Origin: Vitrella brassicaformis CCMP3155
Taxonomy: Eukaryota; Protista; Chromerida
Assembly (NCBI GenBank): GCA_001179505.1
Contig: CDMY01001045.1
Location: forward strand, 62,001 to 126,000
Direction of reading: 5' to 3'
Length of the DNA: 64,000 bases
The position numbers were made by a program, and so were the translations under genes. The stretch's first letter is position 1. Every line of letters begins with the position of its first letter. Below are positions 11,961 through 24,266 of the stretch, piece after piece. Below the pieces are notes generated by a model. The model had not been told where the DNA came from. It did not search any database and worked only from the letters and a program-made list of their open reading frames with translations.

Positions 11961-14225
11961 ATGGTGAGAAAGAGCGTTAGTTACAGAAGATATTGACTCT
12001 CGCGCTGCACGGGATGCTCTTCTCGTGCTTTATTGCTCACACGTGGGATCCATATATGGGCGGCTGTGTTCTCTTCCGTGTTGTGTGTAGGCGAAGAGTC
12101 GTTGTGTGGCGTACACCTGCTGGCTGTGTGGCGGTCCGTTCCTGGCGCTGCACCACCTGTACCTCGGCAGGGACATCCAGTGGTTCCTCTGGTTCACCAC
12201 TTTCGGCGGCTTCCTCGTCGGCTGGCTCAGCGACCTCTGCAAAATGCCAGACTACATTCGACAAGCTAACCTCAGCCAGAAATTCATGGCAAGTCAGACA
12301 CACACGCAGTCGGGAGCCAGCCAGCCATCTGCACGCTCACACGCCCATCTCTCTCTCTGTTTGTGTGTGAATTTGTGGTGTGGTGCAGGAGCAGTATAGC
12401 AAGCGCGCCGGCGAGCACGTGTCGGAGTGGCAGATAGCCCGGTGGGCGGGCGCGGTGGCCTTCGCCGCACTCTACGAGGCCGTCCTGCTCCACGCTGTCA
12501 ACGTCTACACGCCCACACTGCTGCACGGCTTCGTGCGCGCCCTCGGCCGGGCCATGGGCGTCTGGATGAGCTTCTCATCTGGCACCAAGAGGTCTTCCGT
12601 CAGGTGGGGGACTGACACAGACAGACAGACAGACAGCCACATGTACCTGGGTGTATCTCCATGTGTGTGAGTGTGTGTGTCTGTAGGTGGACGATTGTGG
12701 CTGCGTTGGTGTGTGAGCTGCTGTTGGGCTCTCTGGCGGCGCCTCTCGCGAGGGTCTATGGCGAAAGGTGGCCGCACAGGAGAAGCTACGCCGAAACTGA
12801 CATACACAGTAAGCAAAGCACTCCCCGTCCCCATGGATGGATGAAGGCATCGCCCGCCCGTCCGTCAGATCTTGTGAGCGTCCTGGGCTCCCTTGTGGCT
12901 GCCGTCGCCGCGTGGAAGACGCAGAGGTCCGCTCCGCACACTAATGGATGGACAAATGGAGTCGGTGTGTATGTTGTATTGTTTGTGTATGTGTGTGTGT
13001 GTGTTATTTGGTTTCAGGTACCGCAGCGCTTTGCGCGCGCGGCACTTCTGCGTGCGGCTGCCTTTCATCACACTCGCGGCGCTCGTGTGGAGCGCACTCC
13101 TCTTCTCGGGTACACACACAACACACACACGCAGTGCCACCCACCCATATGTCCATCTCTGTGTGTGTGTGTGTGTGTGTGGCTCCCAGCGTTGTACCAC
13201 CACATGGAGGTGCCCGACGCCGATAACCCCACCAAGACCCGGAAACTCAAAGACGTGGGCTGCCCTGCCCACCCACACACGAACGTTCTGTTGTGATGAT
13301 GCCTCTCCTCTCGTCTCGTCTGCTGCGTGTGCGTACGTACGGGTGGGTGCAGATGTGGCAGGAGTTTGTCCGGTCCGACTCCTACCTCCAGCTCAAGGCG
13401 GTGCGCTGCACACCACACACACTTACACATCACACATCACACACAAACAAACCGCCGTGTGTGTGTTGGGACCTTGCCTTGTCTGTCCACCCCTCAGGTG
13501 GTCGACAGGTGGAGCAAGCTGGTCAAGGAGAAGGTCGGTCGCCTCAACACACAGAACCGAACAGAACAGAACAGAACAGGCCACACACACATTGCACCCC
13601 TCCCTCATGACTCCCTGGTGTCACTGTGTCGGCCTTGTGTGTATTGTGTCGGCCTTGTCAGGGTGTGCTTGAGGGGCTGCAGGACATAGCGCAGGAGATG
13701 GGGCTCTTCGACGAGAACACACCCAGGTGGACGGACTACCAGGTACTCGGCGTCAAATACGACGCCACCGACGCCGAAATCAAAGCAAGGTACGCAGCGC
13801 AGCGCACGCACCTGAGTCACACGCCTGCGCCTCTCTTCGTGTGAATCATACGCACCACAACACAACACAACGCAACACAGCCTTGCTTGTCTGTCAATGG
13901 TTGGTTGGTTGGTTGGGTGATATATAATATATGGGCAGGTATCGCCAGTTGGCGAAGCTGTACCACCCCGACAAGAGCACTGACGAGGACAGTGCGGCCA
14001 AAATGGCCCAGGTCAACGAAGCCTACAGGAGACTCATCGCCAGAACACCAGACACCACCGACCGTAGGCAGGCACACAAACAAACACGCCAATTGACACA
14101 GGAGGGGAGGGGACAGCCACGCACGACGGACGGATGGATGGCACGTTTGTCTGGTTGGTTGGTTCTTGTGTCCGTTCGTTTGTTCCACCCTTGGTTGGTC
14201 AGGGCAAGGCAAGGAGGAGCTCTGA
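11961..14225 (+). CDS. DNAJC22: DNAJC22/wurst-like protein: N-terminal TM2 domain, TM helices, C-terminal J domain ending in KEEL
   Basis: M|AKSRCVAYTCWLCGGPFLALHHLYLGRDIQWFLWFTTFGGFLVGW resembles the DNAJC22 N-terminus. J domain YQVLGVKYDATDAEIKAR|YRQLAKLYHPDK...AQVNEAY. The last exon, 14203-14225, encodes RQGKEEL*. Confidence 0.85.
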
Positions 14226-15040
14226 CGCTGCTGATATCAGCTGACGGTGCCGGTGTGGCGGGTTGGCGGGCGGGGTGATTGTGTTTCGCCTACTTATCTT
14301 CCCTCTCTCCCACACCTTCATTCACTCATCGACGGAGGTTTTTTTGCTGCACACCATGCAGCTCAGCTCACGGCACCACTGACAGTGTGTGTACATTGCT
14401 TGACTTCCTCCCCCTCCCCACTCGCCTCTCCCCCGCTGGCTCTCGCCCTCGCCCTTGCCTTGCCTTGCCTTGCCTTGCCACCCACCCACTCCCTCCCTCA
14501 CTCACTGCTGTAGACTACCTCAGTGAAGTCACACAAGGCGACAACCACACACGACACACGACAGACGGACACATCCATCCATCCACCTCGCGTGTGTGCG
14601 TGTGTGCGTGTGTGCGTGAGGGGGCCGGGTCGCCGATGTATGTACTTGTGTATGTGTTCGTATTTGTGACTCTTGAGTGAGAGAGGCGAGAGAGTGCTGC
14701 CGCTACTATTACTACTGCTGCTGCTACTGCTGCTGCTATGTACATACAAACATCATGTGCATGCGTTCTTGACGTTTGGCGTTTGGCGTGGCTGGATGGA
14801 TGGATGGAGGACACACACGAGCCGCCGTTGATTGAAACAAGCCAAGCACGCAAAGTCGCCCACTCATCAGCCAGACCCCACAACACCACCAATCCCTCTC
14901 TCTCTCATCTCTCTCTCCCTCCCTCTCTCCCTCCCTCCCTACAGCATTCGCTCATCATTCTCTCCGCGTTCGTCCGTCTCACATCGTGAGCACCCACACT
15001 GACCGGCAGGCTGGATAAGATAGGATGAGCTCAGATGAGA

Positions 15041-15365
15041 TCAGAAGTCCAGCCCCGCCGCTCTCGCACCCTCAGCCACGGCTTTCACCTTACCATGATA
15101 CCTACACACAACACAACACAACAGAATGTAGCACAACAAACATCCCACAAGTCGGCCGACCCACTGTGGCGTGTCACATCGTCACATCGTCACAGGCGTA
15201 CGTACCTGTACTGTCCCCTGTCGAACCAGACTTTCCATATGCCCTTCTCCAGCGACTTCTTCCCCAGCAGCTTCCCAACCTCATACGCCGCCGCCACCGT
15301 GTCGCCGTTCAAGCGCTCGCCAGCTCCTGACACACCCACCAATGGCACCGATGGGATGAGCGTTG

Positions 15366-15396
<31 letters not shown>

Positions 15397-16003
15397 AGCC
15401 AATACAGCATCCATCCATCCATCCATCTATCGACCTCGCTCACTGACAATCCTTCCTTAAGTACCTACCCATTCTGGTGGGCACAGATCTGAGCAATGGT
15501 CTGATCTCCGGGCTCAGTGTGCACGCCGACGCGAGCGTGTGGTAGACCTCGTCGTCGACCACCATGGCGTAGATGTGGTTGTTGGACTTCTTGACCGTGA
15601 TCCGCGGCCGCCGCTCACCCAAGTGGATGTCCTCGGGCACGTCCGCCGCCTTCGCACCCACTGGCGTCTTGGCAACCTCCTCCTCAACCTGAGCGAGCGA
15701 TTGATGAATGAATGGATCAGCCAGTGGCTGGCTGCATCCCATCTGTCCATCCACCCACCCCTGTCTGCCCACCGTAGTGTCAGGTTGTTCCGGCGGCGGG
15801 GCGTCATCGGCTTCGGCAGCGAGGACAGCTGACGCCGGCAGCCTGCGTTGCCGGGCCTGCCACCGGTGGGATCTCTGAGATGTCGGTGAGGATGAGCTTC
15901 TGAGGGAGAGGAGGGGGAGCGGGGAGCCGGGAGAGGAGAGGAAGGCGTCCGCCGAGGCGGCGATGCAGATCATGCTGACCACACACTGAGCCAGCCACTT
16001 CAT
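15041..16003 (-). CDS. rpl18: Nucleus-encoded plastid ribosomal protein L18 (uL18) with bipartite leader
   Basis: [20 protein letters not shown]...[54 protein letters not shown]. Leader [27 protein letters not shown]. Confidence 0.93.
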
Positions 16004-16208
16004 TTCGAAGACCACAAGGCTGGTTTCTCCTCTTCGCAGATCTCGCAAAGGCGAGCTTATTTGGCGCCAAGCTCGCATTCCCCTCGGCGCTGCTTCCCCT
16101 AAGCGAAGGCCGTATAAGGCGCTGTAGGCCAGAAGCCAGCTCCGGGGAGGTTTGTCAGCCGTGCTGGCTTTTGGTGCCGCCGGTGACTGAGTGGCGTGCC
16201 GTACGGCC
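16004..16208. promoter_or_regulatory. Bidirectional intergenic region with GCAGATCTC and an inverted GCGAGCTT pair
   Basis: GCAGATCTC at 16036-16044. gcgagctt-atttggcgcc-aagctcgc at 16051-16076. Confidence 0.55.
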
Positions 16209-19200
16209 ATGGCGTCCGAGTACATGTGCGCCCCACTGGCGGCGCTGAGAGCCAAGCAGCAGCAGCACCAGCAGCAGCAGCAGCCAGGCTCGACGCCCGT
16301 CAACGGCAGCCCGCACTCTGACCTTAGCACGGCGTCGTCGCGCAGAAGGGTGAGCGAACCACAACAGACACCGGCACACAGACAGACAGACAGACAGACA
16401 GACACTGAAGCAGACAGGAAAGGCAGCTCCCATGTGTGTGTGTTCTGACTCACTCGTTGGGTCGTTTCTGTTTGTTGTGTGTTCAGCATCCTTTGACGAA
16501 GCGGGGGCGTCGTCTGGGCCGTCTTGTGGAGCGCTGGGCGGAGTTCCATGGGTCCCATCTGCTGTGCTTCGACCACCCCAACGACACCCACCCACGCCGC
16601 AGCATCGACCTGCTCGGCTGCGACGCGTCACCCATCAGCAAATCGCACCTCCCATTATGCGGCAAAGGCAAGGTGCTCTCCCTCCACCCCCCAGCCATCT
16701 TTGGCGAGCGCCGCGCCGCCCCCTTCCTGCCCTTCTTCTGCCGAGGCATCCCGGAGAACGATGACGACGGCTGTGGGGGCGGCGGGCTGGAGGAGAATGA
16801 CTGTCCGTCGACGGGCAACGGCACCACTGGCACCGACAGCCCGCTGGACACCGACCGTCGGGAGACTGAGGAGGGGGGGTGGTATGTGCGCTTGAGCGGG
16901 TCGCAGTGGGGTTCCCAGGCGGTGTATCTGCAGCTGCCGTCTGAGGATGAGCGCGACGCACTGGTGGAGGCCATCCGGGAGCTGGGGAGCATCAGGCGGT
17001 CGCAGGAGGGAGGATGGGCCGAGGGGGACCGTGACGACCATGAGGTACGTCCATCGATCGACAAACAGACAGGCGGGGAGGGAGGGAGGGGAGGAGAAGA
17101 CAAGACGGGCATCCAATGTCTGTCTCTGCTCTGTTCTGTTCTGTTTGTTGTTCGTCGTCTATGCCTTCCTTCGTAGCTGAATGAGGCCAGCTCCGGCAGC
17201 CGGCTGCTGCTCCCTGACCTGCAGCCGGGGTCGCCGGCGCCCTGCTCATTTCCCCCGGCGCCCTGCTCCTTCCCCCCTGCAGCCGCCACACGCGAGCCGC
17301 GCACAGTGCTCTCCCGCTTCCTCAAGACCTGGTCGAGCACTGTCAAAGGCTCCCCATCCCCAACGCGCCACCTGCCCCACCACCACTCTCACACCCAGGC
17401 GGCCCCCCCTTCATCCCCCACCCACTGTGACCATCTTCAGCAGCAGCAGCAGCAGCAGCAGAAGGACATTCAGCTTGAGCAGCCTGAGAGTCAGCTGACC
17501 AGCCTGCCGCTGACCAAGGACATGATTCACCATGGCGACCAAGACCATGACCATGACTATGATCAGGAGCAGGACAAGTGTGTGGGCAGCACCCACACGG
17601 GCCTCAGTGGCAGTGGCAGTGGCAGCGGACGGGCGTCGACCACTGAGGGGGAGAGCCCCCTGCTGGGGGACAACCAGACGTCGTGTGGCGGGGAGGGGAG
17701 CGGCAGCGGCAGCGGCAGTGGCAGTGGGAGCGGCGCCATGACGACGGACAGCGGGCTCTTCTGCTCGCCGGTGAGCCATGCTTATGGGCAGGGCGGGAGC
17801 GACGATGTCGCGCCGCACGACATACCCGACGAGATGACGGAAGGTGGGTAATTCGCCAGCTGACGTGGGATGGATGGATGGAGGGATGGATGGATGGGTT
17901 ACATGTGTGTGTGTGTGTGTGTGTTGACTGACTATTGTGTGTGCCTCACTGGAGGTTCAGATGAGCAAAGTCCTCATGACAATTTGGGGTCCAAGAAGCC
18001 GACGAGGCGGTCGGCCAACCGGAGGGAGGTGTATAGGCCAGGCCAGTCCTCGCCAAGGATACATGTACCGTCACAAACCCGCACACACGCAACACAACAC
18101 AACACAACACAACACGGGGGCTCGCGCGATGCCTCCTTACCCTCTCTCTCTCTCTGTGTGTGTGCGGCTCCATCCATCAGAATCTGTCCAGCAGTTGTTA
18201 CAACCGCAATGTCGATGCCACGCACTGGGAGCCGCCCAACGGGTGAGATGAGAGAGGCAGAATCACCCCCACCTCACACACACACACATACACACATACT
18301 CGCATACTCACAACGATCCTTGCCTGCCCGTCTCTGTCTGCCTGTCTGTCTGTCTGTCAGCGAGACGCCCACCGAGGCCTTGAATCGGGCGCAAGACCTA
18401 GCGTGGTACACACATACGAACCCACACAAAAGGAGCCACACAACACAGACGTTTGCCATTCTCTGCATCTGATGTGTCCGGTCCGGCCCATGTCTGTCGG
18501 TCAGGAATTTTGACCTGGATAAGGCCGAGAAGGCGCTGAGGCCGTACATCAAGACCGGCCTGCTGCACAGCCTCACCTACGCCGAAGTCGCATTCCTCCG
18601 GGTAAATCGACGACAAGAGGGAAACACAGAGGGAGGGAGAACAAAGACGTGTGTGTATGGTATGCCCCCGATTTCCTTGGTCTGGTTGTGCAGGTGCTGG
18701 TGACTGGCCGGAAGGCTCACGCGTACGAGTGCATCGACCGGATCACTGACACCGAGCACATCAGGGACGCCATCAGGTGCGTGCGACACACATAAACTCA
18801 CTCACAGGCACACGCCCACAGAGAGACAGGAGAGAGAGATGCATCAATCACATCAGGCCAGGCAGGCACCCACCTGTGCCTGTGTGTTGCCCGCCCCCCA
18901 CCCCGCCCCCCACAGGACTCATTCGAGCCACCCGTGTTCGCCGTGCCCGTATCTGCCATACCAGCCGTCACCCACCACGACGTTCGACAACGGCAGCACG
19001 GCGGCCTCGACGGAGTCGTCGCCCGGCAAGAGGGAGAGCAGAGAGAGCCCCCCGTGGCCCTCACACCTGATCGACCTCGTCACTGCTGAGCTGCTGCTCT
19101 TCAGATCTGTCCTGTGTGTAAGCACCCACACACACAGGGAGGGAGGGAGGGAGGGATGGAAAGAGGGAGGGGCATGATGTGTGTGTGTCTTGTGTGTGTG

Positions 19201-22200
19201 TGTGTGCAGGTGATGATAGGTCATCGGCTGAGGGCCTTTCTGCTCTACAGACAGAGCTGGGGCATCTTCAGACGACTCGGTGAGTGAGTCGGCCAAGAAA
19301 AGCAAAGGCTCTGCACTCGCTCTCCCGACTAGATCTGGATCTCTTTCTATTCTATGTGGCTTGCAGAGATTCAGTGCGCGCCCTCAACCCTGTCGGGCGC
19401 GGCGACGCCCTCGCCGGCCCAGACACCGCCCCAGCCCACCTCACCCCGGAAGACACCCACAGCGAAGAAGGTATGTATGGATGTGGCGCAATCACCGGGG
19501 GCGGATGGATGGATGGACGGACGGACACACGCGATGAGATGGGGTCGTTTTGTTTCTTTCAGGCCAGCACCACAGGGGGTGACCTGCTGACAACCGGCGT
19601 GCTGCCGTCCTGCCCGACGGACAACCACAACAGCAGCAGCAGCAACAAGCAGCAGCAGCAGCAGACGGTTCCCTCTGTGTCGCTGGGCTGGTTCGGCGGC
19701 AGACGGGAGGCCATCACACTCGACGACGAGATGATGAGCAGGTCAGTCTCTCTCACCCAAACCCAAGCCAACACGCTAGCTATGGATGTGTGACGTCCGT
19801 GTCTTGTGTGTCTTGTGTGTGGTGGGTGCCATGCCATGCAGGCTGCTGTTGGGTCTAGGTCTGTTCTACCTGTCTGTGTCGCTGGTGCCCGTGTCGTTCG
19901 CTGGTCTCTTGCGGCTGGCCGGCTTCCTGCTCAACAGGTCCAGGGGCGTCAGATACCTCGACACATGCGCCAACCATGTCGCGGGGGTGAGTAGTGAGTG
20001 TGAGCGGAGCGGAGCGGAGGGAGCGGAGCGGAAGACACAACTAACACCACACGACACACATGACATGATATGACGGTCTGTGGGTGTGGGTGTGTGTGTG
20101 TGTTGTGTGGTGGTGGTGTAGAGCCGCGCGATGCTTGCCGGTCTGGTGTTGTCCCTCTACTACCTCGACCTGGACCCTGATGTGCAGAAGGCCGGTATGT
20201 GTGTGTGTGTGTGTGTGTGTAGGGTGGGTGCATATATATGATGCCTTGCCTTCACATGAAACACATTATTCCTGACACCCCACCCCCACCCCCATGTGCG
20301 TGTATATGTGTGTCTGCCTGTGTGTGGCATACAGGCGACCTGTTGACGGCCTTCCTGAAGGTGAAGCCCGAGTGTGCTCTGCTCCACTGGGCCGGTGAGA
20401 GCCTTGAGAGCCTTCACACACGCGGCCATTTGTGCTCTGTGTGTGTGTGGCGCCGCGTGGGTGATTGTGTGTAAAGGGTCTCTGCTGGCGTGGCGTCACG
20501 CGTTGATCAACGATGCGGCCTTCTTGATCAACAAGGCCCTCTGGTGCTGCGGCGACCCACTGGCAGACTCGGCCGCATACCTCAAATACGAACTCGGTCA
20601 CACACACAGAGCACATTGCGCCATCCATCCATCCATGCATCCATCCATGTGTGGTGTGGTGTGGTGTGGTGTGCAGCGTGGTTTTACTTCATGAAGATGG
20701 AGTGGGACCTCTCCGCCCGGCACCTCACGGCCGTCATGGCCCGCGTCCTCAACACACAAGACAAAATATTCCTCCCACACAAAGTCAGTCAGTATACACA
20801 CCCTCCCCCCTCTGCCCTCCCCTCCCACCCTCCCATACCCCCACCCCATGTCTGTCTGTCTGTCTGTGTCTGTGTCTGTGTCTGTGTGTGTGCAGGGCGT
20901 GTTGGCGATGCAGATAGCGGCGTGTGCTTTCCAGGTGTGTGTGGTGCCGCCCGACGCCCTGGGCGCCACCGTGGACGTGACGGTCCGCGAGGCAGGCGAC
21001 AACCCACACCAGTGGCTGCGGCAATGTGAGATCTTCGCACAAAACAGCTCAAACAAATCGAGACTCGATGACGACTTTGGTACACTCACACACACACCAC
21101 ACACACAGACAGAGCTACAGCCACACTCAGACCTCTCCGTGTGTGTGTGGGTGTGGGTCTACGTACGATTGGATTGACCTGTGTGTGTGCAGCGCGTTTG
21201 TCGGTGCTGTATTCTGGCGCCCGTGGCGCGCCCCGCTGCGACCCCCGTCTGCTGTCTTTTGAGGTCATGTACCACTTGAAGCAGCTCAGCAGGCTCCCCA
21301 CGGCATTCCTCGACAGATTACACATCGCCATATGCGACATCGCCAAACCTGTCGCCACGGTACGGGTGTGTCCCCCCCCCCCTTCATTGAGTTCTATTCC
21401 ATTGCGTCTCATGCATGTGTTGTGTGTCCGTCTCGTGTCTGCGTGTGAACAGAAGCTGCTCCGCTCATGCGATCCATCTGCCCTCTCCCTCCTCGGTTAG
21501 AGAGAGAATGAGACAGAGAAAACACCACCCCACCCCACACCACACCAGACCAGACCACCACACCGAACGAACCGTCGTTCATTCATCATCACATACATGT
21601 GTCTGTCTGTGCGTGGGTGGGGTGCATTCATATCATCAGACGCCAAATGCGACATTTTCGGCCAGCGTCCCGCAGCCCGCTCATCGATGGCTCTGTCGTC
21701 CTTCCCCCTGCCCACCCCCGCCCCCCAGTGGTCGTCACAGGACACACAGGCCACAACCAGGACCACGGCCACTGGTGCGGGTACGGCTGGCGCTCATGCG
21801 GAGAGGGTGCAGCGGTCGGTTGATGCGGTGGTGGGAGGGCAGCTGACGTCGGACGAGCTGCTGACACACGTGTGTGCGATGGGGCTGCGCGCGGCGGTGC
21901 TGTTCCATATGGGCGACTGCGACACGGCCATGACCTTCGTGCCACATCTCAAGGAGGTGCGTGCGAATGGCGGGGGTGGAGGGGCCTTGTCGGTCGGTCG
22001 GTCGGTCGATGTCCGTGTGTGGTCTTGGTCTTGTGTGCAGGTTGCCAGCCACGTGTCGACTATGTGGCCGCACCTGACCGTGCACGCCCTCTACTGGTGC
22101 GCCAGGCACTTCGGGTACGCCAGCGACCAGCCATCCACTCATCCATCCGTCTATCCATCCATCCATGTATCCATCCATGTATTGTCTGTCTGTGTGTGCT

Positions 22201-22463
22201 GCGCTGCTCCTCACCGCAGATTGTGTCAGGACCTCGACTCGGCGATAGGGTGTCTGCGGCGCGCCAGGCGGGGGCGCAAATACCCCTTTAACATACACGT
22301 CAAGGCCGGCAAGGTACCGTACCGCACTCATCACTGGTCAAAGCGACGAAACCCACACGCATGCACATAGACGACACTGTGTCTGTGTCTCTCTCTCTCT
22401 GTGTGTGTGTGTGTGAGCCAGGTCCTGAAAGATTTCACCGAGAACGGGGGGCTCTACAACTAG
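16209..22463 (+). CDS. Large spliced protein: PH-like domain, low-complexity linker, TTC39/IML2-like helical domain
   Basis: WAEFHGSHLLCFDHP...RSIDL...VYLQLPSEDERDALVEAIR is PH-like. LGLGLFYLSVSLVPVSFAGLLRLAGFLLNRSRGVRYL resembles the conserved TTC39/IML2 block. Many GT-AG exons run to TAG at 22461-22463. Confidence 0.65.
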
Positions 22464-24266
22464 CTAGCTGAATGGGGGCGGAAGGGAGAGAGAGGGAGGG
22501 AAGGAGAGAGGGAGAGAGCGGATGGCCCCTGCCTGCCTGCCTGCCTGCCTGTGTGTGCGATAGAGAGATGCACATACGTCCGTCCCTCCGTCCATCGACC
22601 CACTGGTTCTGTGGGTGGATGGAGGAGTTACAGCAGACATGCGACGCAGTAAATGACCGGCTGACTGACTTGACTTGACTGACACACAGAGAGACAGACA
22701 GAGTGACAGAAAGACAGAAAGAGAGAGAGAAGGAGGGGGACTTACTGCGCATACGACTGTATGTATCTGTGTGTGCCTCTGTGTGTGTGCCTGAGCGTCT
22801 GTCTGCGTGCCAGCAAAGTGGACGGACGGACGGCTGAATGATTGATTGAATGTCGATCGCTGGCTGGCTGATGTGTGTGTACGTAAGTGCGTGTACCGAC
22901 CGTATGTGTGTAGTTTCGTTCGCCCTCTCACTCTCACTCTCACTCGCACATACGAATTCAGGTTTGCTGCGCGTCGTGCTGGCTTGGCTTGCGGCACCAC
23001 TCGCCTCTCTCTCTCTGGTGTGTAAATACTCTTTCTTACCTGTCTGCCTTTTGGTTGGTTGGCTGGCTGGCTGGCTGTCTGTCCGCTGTTTGTGTGCACA
23101 CACACAGAAGTATATACGGGGACCTGTGTGTGCCAGCCATCCACCAGCTCTTTCTTTCTTTCCTTCTTTCTTTCTTTCCACCTATACACACACACACACA
23201 CACGCACACATTCATGCGCAGCGCAGACACAGCTACCTACCTGTTGTTGACCAGTTGTTGACTTGCACTCACTTGGCCTTCTGAGGCACATGTACGTACG
23301 TAGGTACCAGGGTGTGCACAAAATTCACCCGATGGCCCACTCGTTGCTGCACAGCTGCAGGCAGACATGAAGGGAGTCAGTACACAATGGTCCGCCAACG
23401 GGCCCAACCAACCATGGCCATGGCGCGACCAAATTTTCTCTCTCCCTGCCGCCCCTCCCGCCCCTCCCGCCCCTTGTCTGCGTGAGCTAGCTTACTGGTA
23501 CTGGTTGATGGACTCACTGGCTGACTGACCGTCCGTCCACACGGGGCGTGTGTGCATTGCAATTGCCTAGCTTGCCTTTATAATCAGTTGCTTGCCTGGT
23601 TGCTTGCGGTGGCTGTGTGAACGTATGCACATCCATCGATCCATCCATCCATCCATCCATCGATCCCTCCTCATACTGTCGATCTGTGTGAATGTGCGTA
23701 TACACACACGCATACACACACATGTATGTACACGCATACACACATATGTACACACATGTACACACACACATGTCCGTACGTATCTTTGACGTGTATTTAT
23801 TAACGTACCTGCATGCGTGAGTTTGCGTGATCGACCTACGACGGGTGGGGTGGTGCTCTTGCTTGAAGCACTCATTCATTCATTCATTCGTCGGATTGCA
23901 TCCATTGCATGCAATGCGCGGAGGAGGCGCACAGCTGCACACAAGGGGGAGCGTCTGCGCGGTTACACTTCGACGACTGAATTAATTGGCCAGCTCACGA
24001 ATGTTACAGGAGTGTTCACGCGTGTAGTGTTCACCCCCCTCTCTCACAGGGAGAGTCAACAACCGGGTTTCGGGTGTGGGGTTTCCAAACCCTTTGCCCA
24101 AACCCTTCTGCCCCAGCGAATGATGAAAAATATGCGTAAGACTCGGCAGGTGATGACAGGTCGACGAATGAGGTCCCGCACCACAACGGCACGGGCACCG
24201 TCTTGTGTCTGTCTGATTTGCATCATGCACGTAGGATTGAGATCCTGGTGACTCTGCGCAAGCATC

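Noticed and set aside
16059-16068. E2F-like site atttggcgcc
   Set aside because: It is a single short match with no evidence for that factor here; recorded only as part of the palindrome.
22435-24250. ORFs of 100-285 aa between the TTC39-like gene and FNTA
   Set aside because: They are translations of simple repeats (ERKKE, THTH, QPAS) with no exon structure or domain.
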